Below, one piece after another: positions 10,257-18,390 of a DNA stretch of 64,000 nt. Source of the stretch: Desulfobacterales bacterium (GTDB taxonomy: Bacteria; Desulfobacterota; Desulfobacteria; Desulfobacterales; UBA5852); assembly GCA_963674755.2 (NCBI GenBank), contig CAXXVS010000001.1, positions 928,001 through 992,000 on the forward strand, in the 5' to 3' direction. Position numbers and translations under genes: made by a program. Position 1 is the first letter of the stretch. Each line of letters opens with the position of its first letter. The notes under the pieces were generated by a model. The model did not search any database and was not told the DNA's origin. It was given only the letters and a program-made list of their open reading frames with translations.

Positions 10257-10637
10257 ATGGGTTTTCATCTCGATATGTGGGACTGGGTAACCTTCGCGAC
10301 GCTGGCCATCATCGTGGCGGGCTTTGTCCTGGCGTTGATTTTCATTATGGAGCTTCCGGGCAAGATCGCCATAGCCCGCAAGCACCCGGAGGCGGAGGCC
10401 GTCAGAATGATGGGGTGGGTCGGCTTCGTGGCGATCGTCCCCTGGATCCAGGCCTTTATCTGGGCTTTCAAACCCACCAACGTGGTAGACATCCGACGCT
10501 TTCCCGGGGAGGAGGCGATGGTCACCGAAAAGGAAATCCAGCGGCTCAGCGGCAAAACCGCGTCAGCGGAATCGCCCGATCCTGAAAAAGAGAAATCAGG
10601 CCATCACCACCGCAAGAAAAAAGAGGGAGATAGCTGA
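10257..10637 (+). CDS. DUF3302 (YibI/YiaW-like) inner-membrane protein
   Basis: 'LPGKIAIARKHPEAEAV..MGW' and 'W..AFIWAF' motifs; RBS GGGAGA before ATG 10257. Confidence 0.85.
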   Translation: MGFHLDMWDWVTFATLAIIVAGFVLALIFIMELPGKIAIARKHPEAEAVRMMGWVGFVAIVPWIQAFIWAFKPTNVVDIRRFPGEEAMVTEKEIQRLSGKTASAESPDPEKEKSGHHHRKKKEGDS

Positions 10638-10639
10638 CC

Positions 10640-11791
10640 ATGGTTGCCGCCCTGCTTATCACCGCGATTGCCGGGATGCTCATCTGGCTGGTATTTTTCA
10701 AGTTCAAGTGGATCCGGTTCACCTACGGTTGGGGGTTTTTCCTTTCCTTTTTCCTGGTCCACCTGCTCCTGGTCTTTCTCATCGGACTGCGTTTCGTAGC
10801 CCCCTACACGACGGACGCCAGGATGGTTCAGCACACCATCCAGCTCATTCCGCGGCTGCCCGAACCGACCCTCGTGACGGCGGTCCTGGTCGAGCCGAGT
10901 GCCCCCATAAAAAAGGGCCAGCCCTTGTTCCAGTTCGACCGGCGACCCTATGAGTACAAGGTCCGGCAGCTCGAGGCGGCGCTGGCCGCGGCCCGGCAGA
11001 ATGTCCTGGTGCTCAAGGCGGAGCAGGACGCCGCCGCCGCCAGCGTGGCCAAGGCCAAGGCCGAACTGCGATACGCCGACACCGAACTCCAGCGCCAGAA
11101 GATGCTTGTGCCGCAACGCGCCAGTTCGGTGGAAGATTTGCAGAAGGCCGCAGCGCGCCGACAGGCGAACCGAGCTGCGGTCACCGAGGCCCAGGCGGAG
11201 TATGAACGCGCGCGGATCAAGTACGACGCGCAGATCAATGGCGAAAATCCAACGGTTGCCGAAATAAATGCGGAACTGGCCCAGGCCCGCTATTACCTGG
11301 GCAACACCACCATGACGGCGCCCGAGGACGGCACCATCATCAATATCCAGGTGCGCCCGGGCATGGTGTCCGGCATTGTCCGGTTCGGGGCCATCGCTTC
11401 TTTCATCGTCGATGCCGATCGCTACCTTATCGGCACCTTTTTCCAGCCGCAGCTCAAGTACGTCAAGGACGGGCAGCCCGTGGAGGTGGCCATGGACCTG
11501 TACCCCGGGCAGATTTTCAAGGCCAAGGTGGAGACCATCTGGTGGGCCAGCGGCGAGGGACAGATGCTGCCCAGCGGCACCCTGCCGGCCTTCCAACCGG
11601 CGCCGAAGGACGCCCCCCAGGGTCAGTTCGCCGTGAGAATTCGCTTCGATGCCGAGCATCAAAATCGGTTTCCGATCGGGGCGCAGGGTGCGGTGGCCAT
11701 CTATACCGGCGGGGGCGGCTTTGCCGCGCTGCGGCGGATCGCGATCCGCACCTATTCCTGGCTGAACTGGCTGTACCCGCTCCCGTTCTGA
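10640..11791 (+). CDS. HlyD family periplasmic adaptor (YibH/YiaV-like)
   Basis: Two N-terminal TMs, lipoyl halves 'KKGQPLFQFD' and 'TTMTAPEDG', coiled-coil hairpin. Confidence 0.9.
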   Translation: MVAALLITAIAGMLIWLVFFKFKWIRFTYGWGFFLSFFLVHLLLVFLIGLRFVAPYTTDARMVQHTIQLIPRLPEPTLVTAVLVEPSAPIKKGQPLFQFDRRPYEYKVRQLEAALAAARQNVLVLKAEQDAAAASVAKAKAELRYADTELQRQKMLVPQRASSVEDLQKAAARRQANRAAVTEAQAEYERARIKYDAQINGENPTVAEINAELAQARYYLGNTTMTAPEDGTIINIQVRPGMVSGIVRFGAIASFIVDADRYLIGTFFQPQLKYVKDGQPVEVAMDLYPGQIFKAKVETIWWASGEGQMLPSGTLPAFQPAPKDAPQGQFAVRIRFDAEHQNRFPIGAQGAVAIYTGGGGFAALRRIAIRTYSWLNWLYPLPF

Positions 11792-11883
11792 CGGGGTGTC
11801 GCGAAATGGTGCCCCGTGCCTTTTTTTCAACCACGGCCTGGGGGAATTTGAACAAAAAGACATCACTGGAAAAGGAGAAAAAC

Positions 11884-12375
11884 ATGAGTACCTTGATTGT
11901 TGTCGGCTATGACAATGCGTTCAAGGCCGAAGAGGTTCGACTGACGCTGCGCAAACTGCAGAAGGATTATTTGATCGATCTGGAAGACGCGGTCGTGGCG
12001 GTGAAGGATGCCAAGGGCAAGGTCAAACTGCACCAGGCTGTCAATCTGACCGCGGCCGGTGCCATCGGCGGCGGGTTCTGGGGCTCCCTGATCGGGTTGA
12101 TCTTCTTGAATCCGCTGCTCGGGGCGGCGGTGGGCGCCGCTGCGGGCGCTGTGTCCGGGACCCTTTCCGACGTCGGCATCAACGATAAGTTCATGAAGGA
12201 CCTGGCGGATCACCTGAACCCCGACAGTTCGGCGCTTTTCGTCCTGGTGCGCAAGGCCACGCCGGACAAAGTGCTTGCGGAGTTAAAGGGATCGGGTGGA
12301 AAAGTTCTCCAGACGTCGCTATCGCATGACGACGAGGCCAAACTCCAGGTGGCCCTGGACACGGCCCGAGCGTGA
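11884..12375 (+). CDS. DUF1269 family membrane protein
   Basis: 'IDLEDAVVAVKD..GKVKLHQ', glycine-zipper 'GAIGGGFWGSLIGLIFLNPLLGAAVGAAAGA', 'DVGINDKF'; RBS AAGGAG. Confidence 0.9.
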   Translation: MSTLIVVGYDNAFKAEEVRLTLRKLQKDYLIDLEDAVVAVKDAKGKVKLHQAVNLTAAGAIGGGFWGSLIGLIFLNPLLGAAVGAAAGAVSGTLSDVGINDKFMKDLADHLNPDSSALFVLVRKATPDKVLAELKGSGGKVLQTSLSHDDEAKLQVALDTARA

Positions 12376-14036
12376 TGGACGCGCAAAAAGGGGCACTGAT
12401 CATGTCCATTACAGCCCTGGGCAAATACCGGGTTGCCGCGATGGCGGCTTCAGCGAGCCACCGTGAGCAGCGAATACTCTCGATGGTGGTTCTCGCCTGC
12501 GTCCTGGTTTTGACCGGTTGCGTCAAGGTGGGCCCCGACTTCATTCGCCCCGAGACGCAAATCCGGCAGCAGTGGATGGAGACGGACGGCTTCGCGGCGC
12601 AGACCTCGCCCGCCGATTACCGCACCTGGTGGAACGTGTTCCGGGACCCCGTGCTCGACACGCTCGTTCAGATCGCCTATGCGCAAAACATACCGTTGCG
12701 CGTGGCCGGCGCCCGAGTGTTCGAGGCGCGTGCCCGCCTGGGGATCGCCATCGGTGATCAATATCCCCAGGTTCAGCAGATGGGGGGCTCCGTATCGAAC
12801 ATCCGGGAGAGCGAGCAGGCGCCCTCGGCACCTCAGAAGACGGTGTCGTCAGACAAATACCAATACGATCAGGTGCAGGCAACGATGGCGGCCGGCTGGG
12901 AAATCGATTTTTGGGGCAAGTTTAGAAGTGCCGTGGAATCTGATAATGCGGAGTTTCTCGGTTCAATTGCCGCCTACGACAATGCCCTCGTCAGTCTTAC
13001 GGCCGATGTGGCGCGCGCCTACATCGTCATTCGCACGCTTGAAGAGCGCTTGCGAATCGCTCAGAAAAACGTGGGCCTCCAGAAAGAAAGTCTGCGGATC
13101 GCGCAAACCCGTTTTGACGCCGGAGCCGCCAACGGTCTCGACGTCGACTTGGCCATGACCCTTCTGCGAACCACCGAGGCGAACATTCCTCCCCTAGTGG
13201 CTTCCCTCCGGCAGGCCAAAAACGCCCTCTGTATCCTGCTGGGCATGCCGCCCGGCAACCTCGATCACTTGATGGGCAAGGGGTCAACCATCCCGCAGGC
13301 CCCTCTGGAGGTGGCCGTCGGCATTCCCGCCGACCTTCTCCGGCGCCGGCCGGACATCCGCCAGGCCGAGCTCCAGGCCGCCGCCCAGTGCGCCCTCATC
13401 GGCGTGGCCAAGTCGGACCTCTATCCGGCTTTCAGCCTGAACGGGGCCTTTGGGTTTCTGGCGAGCGATGTGGGCAGTTTTGCCCTCAGCGACGTCACAA
13501 ACTGGAGCAGCCGTTCCACCTCAGTCGGTCCTTCGTTCACCTGGAATATTTTCAACTATGGGCAGATCACCAACAACGTCCGGGTGCAGGACGCGCGTTT
13601 CCAGGAGCTCATCTTCGGCTACCAGAACACCGTGCTGCGCGCCCAGCAGGAGGTGGAGGATGCTTTGAGCGGTTTCCAGCAGGCCCAGAAAGGGTTGATC
13701 CGCCGGGCGGAGGCGGTGGAAGCTTCCCAAAAAACGGCCGACCTGGCCATGATTCAGTACCAATCGGGTGCCACCAATTACACGACTGTGATCACCGCCC
13801 AGCAGTTTCTGCTCGCCAACCAGACCAACCTGGCCTTTGCTCAGGGCGACTTGCCCCAAGCCCTGATTGCCATTTACCGCGCCCTGGGGGGAGGCTGGGA
13901 ACTGCGGTCTGGCAACCCGTTCCTGCCCGCCGCGATCACCACCTCCATGGGCAAGCGCACGAATTGGGGCGGTCTGCTTGAGCCGGCCGCGGTTCAACCG
14001 CTCGATAACCGGCAGCTCCTGACACCCGATTGGTAG
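12372..14036 (+). CDS. outer-membrane efflux factor (NodT/OprM/TolC family lipoprotein)
   Basis: Lipobox LTGC-VKVGPDF; 'WW..F.DP.L', 'WEIDFWG', 'P.DLLRRRPDI', 'YRALGGGW'. True start may be downstream. Confidence 0.92.
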   Translation: MMDAQKGALIMSITALGKYRVAAMAASASHREQRILSMVVLACVLVLTGCVKVGPDFIRPETQIRQQWMETDGFAAQTSPADYRTWWNVFRDPVLDTLVQIAYAQNIPLRVAGARVFEARARLGIAIGDQYPQVQQMGGSVSNIRESEQAPSAPQKTVSSDKYQYDQVQATMAAGWEIDFWGKFRSAVESDNAEFLGSIAAYDNALVSLTADVARAYIVIRTLEERLRIAQKNVGLQKESLRIAQTRFDAGAANGLDVDLAMTLLRTTEANIPPLVASLRQAKNALCILLGMPPGNLDHLMGKGSTIPQAPLEVAVGIPADLLRRRPDIRQAELQAAAQCALIGVAKSDLYPAFSLNGAFGFLASDVGSFALSDVTNWSSRSTSVGPSFTWNIFNYGQITNNVRVQDARFQELIFGYQNTVLRAQQEVEDALSGFQQAQKGLIRRAEAVEASQKTADLAMIQYQSGATNYTTVITAQQFLLANQTNLAFAQGDLPQALIAIYRALGGGWELRSGNPFLPAAITTSMGKRTNWGGLLEPAAVQPLDNRQLLTPDW

Positions 14037-14265
14037 GGCTGTTCTAAAATGGAGGCGAACCGAAGCCTGGACGACCGCGCCTTTGGGCCGGTGGTCCGAA
14101 AACAGAATGGATCCAAGTTTGAAATACAGACCGCGCCTATCGACGAGGCATTTTTAAAAGAAAGCATTAATCAAATAAGCATTCGCAGCGATGGACAACG
14201 ATAAATGAGCGCATTGATGATGAACGCCAATTCTAAAGGGAAAGCATGCTCCTGAAGGAGGTCTC

Positions 14266-14604
14266 ATGAAACGGATACTGATATTAACGGCGGTTGTAAT
14301 AGGGGTCACGCTGGGGGCTTTCCCGACGGGCCTTATGGCCCAGAGCTTTGGGACAGACCAAGGGGCCCAGGGCGGGGAATGTTATTTCCAGGCCAGCGAA
14401 GACACCTATCTCAAAATCTATTACCTCGGCAAGAGTGGGGTCGAACGCCAGGCCGTCTGGGAAGGCTTCCTGGCGGCGGGGGAAACCAAAGCCTACAATG
14501 CGCCTTACGGTACGGTTGGATTCGCCACCAAGCAGGCCCCGAACGATCCCTGGAACGAAGACCAGCAGGCATGCGCCAATGGGGAGGCGATCGATATCCC
14601 CTGA
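14266..14604 (+). CDS. hypothetical secreted protein (two Cys)
   Basis: RBS AAGGAGG, signal peptide, coherent ORF. Confidence 0.65.
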   Translation: MKRILILTAVVIGVTLGAFPTGLMAQSFGTDQGAQGGECYFQASEDTYLKIYYLGKSGVERQAVWEGFLAAGETKAYNAPYGTVGFATKQAPNDPWNEDQQACANGEAIDIP

Positions 14605-14704
14605 TGGCCCGGCGGCCGCAACTGAAGCGGCGCTCTCATTTTTGCGCATTGCCAACACGGTGACGTATTAAGCAGATCCATAACCCAAGGAAAGGAAACG
14701 ACGG

Positions 14705-15379
14705 ATGAAAAAGCTAATCGGAGTCATGGCATCGGTATTGTTGCTGGCGAGCTGTGCCAGCATGGACGGCGGCAGCATGTCGGCGGCCCAGCAGAACGAA
14801 ACGGGTTTTTTGAAGGGCTATTACAATCGGCTGCAGCCCGGGCCGGAGGGGGGCGCCAAGCTGCGCTGGATCAAACCCAATGTGGACTTCGCCCGCTACA
14901 ACTATGTCATGCTGGACAGTGTGGAGTACTTCTTTGCCAAGGACTCGGAATACAAGGGCATCAACGCCGATGAACTGAAGTCCCTGGCCGACCAGTTCAA
15001 CAAGACCCTGGTGGATACGCTCAAAGATTCCTATCCCATCGTGACGGAGCCGGGCATCGACGTCGTGCGGATCCGCTTTGCCATCACGGATCTCAAACAA
15101 AGCTATCCGGGCTTGAGCGCCGTCACGACCATCGTCCCGGTGGGATTGGGCATCAGCATCATCAAGAAAGGGGCCACCGGATCCTGGACCGGCTCGGGCG
15201 CCACCAGCGCGGAGATGATGGCCCTCGACTCCATGACCAACGACGTGATCGCCGTGGCCCAGGACGAGCGAAGCGCCAGTTTCGGTGAGCGGTTTACGAA
15301 ATGGGGCTCGGCCGATGACGCTTTCAAATACTGGGCCGAGCGGGTCAAACTCTACCTCGACACGGTCCATGGGAAATAG
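14705..15379 (+). CDS. DUF3313 family lipoprotein
   Basis: Lipobox LASC; 'TGFL..Y..L', 'YPIVTEPG..V.RIRFAIT', 'E..ALDS.T' motifs. Confidence 0.85.
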   Translation: MKKLIGVMASVLLLASCASMDGGSMSAAQQNETGFLKGYYNRLQPGPEGGAKLRWIKPNVDFARYNYVMLDSVEYFFAKDSEYKGINADELKSLADQFNKTLVDTLKDSYPIVTEPGIDVVRIRFAITDLKQSYPGLSAVTTIVPVGLGISIIKKGATGSWTGSGATSAEMMALDSMTNDVIAVAQDERSASFGERFTKWGSADDAFKYWAERVKLYLDTVHGK

Positions 15380-15499
15380 GCCCGATTGGCGCGGGACCGT
15401 GGCCGTCGCTGAAACCGGTTGGCGGCCGAAGCCGAACGGATGACCCGCGCCACTATTTCCCACGCGCTCGATGCGAAGCAGGGACAATATCGCCAATAG

Positions 15500-15650
15500 G
15501 TCCAGCAGAGCCCCAAGGCCTTGGAGTGAAGTGCCTTTGATAAGCTCTGTCCGTACTGGTGGATGCCAACCTAGGGAAACCGGATCGCTCGCCAGATGTG
15601 CTCAGACCTGACAAGGCGGCAAATCCAACGACATGATGAAGAAGGCACGA
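15500..15650 (+). mobile_element. possible orphan IS110-type non-coding left end (bridge/seek RNA-like), no transposase
   Basis: Nested stem and internal-loop layout GGAGTGAAGTGCCTTTGATAAG...GGATGCCAAC...GGATC...CAG...GACAAGGCGGC. The resemblance to IS110 left ends is from memory, not from a search. Confidence 0.35.
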
Positions 15651-15697
15651 CGACTAGCCGGAGGGGCCGGATAATTTTTTTATCAAGGGAGACTATA

Positions 15698-16804
15698 ATG
15701 AAGGTGCGTATTACGATTTGCATCACTGTTTGTCTGGTTGTGGCCACGGTTTTCGCACTGCCTGCCAGTGCTTTTGAGATCATCACGGCCGACGACATCA
15801 AGGAAAACGTTATAACGCGGGATATGCTCATCGCCACGGCGGATAATTTCATTATCCTTTACGATGCCTCGGGCTCGATGGCGGCCAGCTACAAACCGGG
15901 CGTCCAGAAGCTCGATGCGGAGCTGGAAATCCTGAAACAGCAGAACAAGATTCTCCCCAACCTGGCTTACAATGCAGGCCTGTATTCCTTTACGCCTTTT
16001 AAAGCCTACTACGACGTGCAGCCCTACGACCGGCAGAAGTTCCAGGCGGCCATCGACCAGTTGCCTAACACCAAGACCGCCGGTGGCTTTGAGGACCAGC
16101 CGACGCCGCTGGCCGAAGGCCTGGCCGCCCTGGATCCGATTCTGGCCAAGCTCGATGGCAAGACCGTGGTCTTCATCTTTACGGACGGCACTTACACCTA
16201 CAATCGGGTGACCAAGGAGCGGCCCCTGGATGCGGCCAAACCCCTGGTGGATAAATATAACGTCTGTATGTACCTGATCAGTTCGGCCACGACGCCCAAG
16301 GGCGAAAAACTGCTCGCTGACATGGCCGCCCTCAACGAGTGCTCGCGGGTCGTGCCTTTCGACGCGCTCTACAACAATCCGTTGTGGGGCCAGGGGGCGC
16401 TTTTCGTGGTGAAATCCACCACGGATGTGGTCACCACCACCGATCGCAAGGTCGTGGGGGCCAAGGCTGAGAACATCAATTTCGCATTTGACCAGGTCGC
16501 CATCCAGGCCGGGGATCACGAGAATCTGAAGCAGGTGGCGGAATTCCTTCAGAACAATCCCAATGCCTATGCGGCCTTGGCCGGTTTCACGGACAACGTG
16601 GGGAATCCGGAGTACAACCTGCATCTTTCGCGGCTGCGGGCTGAGAGCGCCAAGAACTACATCCTGGAGCAGGGCCGCATCGACCCGGCCCGGGTGGTGC
16701 TTTTCTGGTACGGGGCCACCAACTTCATCGCGACCAACGACACGCCCGAGGGGCGCGCCAAGAACCGCCGGGTGGAGATCGCCATTGGCATGATAGGCGA
16801 GTGA
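15698..16804 (+). CDS. vWA-domain / OmpA-domain protein
   Basis: Signal peptide; MIDAS-like 'LYDASGSM', 'TPL', 'FIFTDG'; OmpA C-domain 'GFTDNVG...YNLHLSRLRA', 'EGRAKNRRVEI'. Confidence 0.9.
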   Translation: MKVRITICITVCLVVATVFALPASAFEIITADDIKENVITRDMLIATADNFIILYDASGSMAASYKPGVQKLDAELEILKQQNKILPNLAYNAGLYSFTPFKAYYDVQPYDRQKFQAAIDQLPNTKTAGGFEDQPTPLAEGLAALDPILAKLDGKTVVFIFTDGTYTYNRVTKERPLDAAKPLVDKYNVCMYLISSATTPKGEKLLADMAALNECSRVVPFDALYNNPLWGQGALFVVKSTTDVVTTTDRKVVGAKAENINFAFDQVAIQAGDHENLKQVAEFLQNNPNAYAALAGFTDNVGNPEYNLHLSRLRAESAKNYILEQGRIDPARVVLFWYGATNFIATNDTPEGRAKNRRVEIAIGMIGE

Positions 16805-16878
16805 TAACGGCATCCGGTTGGCAGGCATCGACCTGCCAACCGGTTACAATGATAGATGAAGAAAGAAAGGTCGTTGCA

Positions 16879-17391
16879 ATGAATTTGATTTCAGCAAAGG
16901 GCAAGACGGCGATTGGCGCAGTACTGGCCGGGATTTTTCTGACGACTTGGCTGGCAGGCTGTCAATCCTTCCCCCAGCGGGATATGGGAAAATTCGTGCC
17001 CGACTTCAATCGGGTAGCGATCCCCAGTAACGGGGGGACGGGCTCCCAGACCTTCAAGACCAACGATATGTCGATCAATTACCAGGACATGCGCGTCGGA
17101 GATCAGTTGAAGGTTTGGGGCTCGGGAGAGATTCGCTTTGAGAGTATCAACCAGCTGGTCTTTCACCTCTATTTCCTGGATGAGCGGGGGCAGGTGATCA
17201 CCATCGACAACTTTTTTTCCTATGTGGACCACAGTGATTTCGAAGCATTGAACTTCGGAAAGCGCCACTTCCACCGTGATTTTACGATACCCGACGGTGC
17301 GGTGGCCTTCGCCATTGGTTACGACGGCGTAACGGGCCGTGTCCCGGGATCGTTCGCGATACCGTTTTCACATTATCCGTTCGACGAATAA
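16879..17391 (+). CDS. hypothetical lipoprotein
   Basis: Lipobox LAGC after a hydrophobic stretch. Confidence 0.65.
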   Translation: MNLISAKGKTAIGAVLAGIFLTTWLAGCQSFPQRDMGKFVPDFNRVAIPSNGGTGSQTFKTNDMSINYQDMRVGDQLKVWGSGEIRFESINQLVFHLYFLDERGQVITIDNFFSYVDHSDFEALNFGKRHFHRDFTIPDGAVAFAIGYDGVTGRVPGSFAIPFSHYPFDE

Positions 17392-17686
17392 GGTTGTCTA
17401 TACCCCCAGGCCCCTTGCCGGTTCTCGGGTGAGCGCAAAGCGGCCCGCCGGCTAGGCGGGGCGCCATTGCAAGCGGCCATTCGAACCGCACCGCAGGCGG
17501 GGATACGTTTTCAACAAGGCATGGCTGAAGGCCTCCTCCCCTTGGAATTCACGGCGGCGAGGAGGCCTTGTCGGATTTACCGAGAGGGGCGCCCCTTGAT
17601 CGTCGACCGATCGGTGGTGCCCCTGCCTCACTTACAGAATAGGCGGCCTAACGACTGCAAAGGAGACCATTTTGAAAAGGAGGGAC

Positions 17687-18145
17687 ATGATCAGAAAGCG
17701 CCCGTCCGCCATGCAACTGCCGTTTACCGATGCCCAACGATTCTTAGGGTGTGGTTTAAGCGTCATCGTTCTCGTCTCGGTCATCATGATCGCAGCGGCC
17801 GCACGGGCCGCCGATGCCCCCGCCGCTCAAGCCCCGGCCGACCCGGTGCAGGTGGTGGGAATCTGGCAGCGGATGGACGGCGAGTATGTCCTGGAGCTGC
17901 GCAATCCCACCTTCGACGGCCGGCTGGAAGCGATTTATTTAAATCCCCGACCGATCCATGTTGCGCGTTCGGGATGGGTCCTTAAGGATGGCGACCTCAT
18001 GGTGCGGGTGGAATTGCGCGACAAAGGCTATCCCGGGAGCACCTATACGCTGGCTTACCAACAGGCCACCGACCGCCTGGTGGGGATCTATTTTCAAGCG
18101 GTTGCGCAACAGCAGTTCGAGGTGGTGTTTAAACGGGTCGAATAA
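17687..18145 (+). CDS. conserved hypothetical secreted protein
   Basis: RBS AGGAGG; signal/TM segment; beta-rich domain 'GIWQRMDGEYVLE...YLNPRPI...YPGSTYTL.Y'. Confidence 0.7.
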   Translation: MIRKRPSAMQLPFTDAQRFLGCGLSVIVLVSVIMIAAAARAADAPAAQAPADPVQVVGIWQRMDGEYVLELRNPTFDGRLEAIYLNPRPIHVARSGWVLKDGDLMVRVELRDKGYPGSTYTLAYQQATDRLVGIYFQAVAQQQFEVVFKRVE

Positions 18146-18390
18146 ACGGGCCCGCATTGGCGACATTTTACCGATCGATGCCGAAATGGGCGATGGCGAG
18201 GGACGGGCGGTGAGAAACGCCCCGGCGACAGTGTGCTGGCGTAAAAGACCTTCCCCCGTGATTCCCTCTGCCCGCTGCGACCGCACCGGAACCCGTGCGG
18301 CACTTCTTTGATCCGAAGAAAAGCAATACGGTTCATTCTGCCTCCCCGTGACGGCTTCAATAGAGATACCCCGTAGAAAGATGGCTCCCC

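Noticed and set aside
14050..14205. 51-aa ORF after the outer-membrane factor gene
   Set aside because: No RBS, atypical codon usage and no motif.
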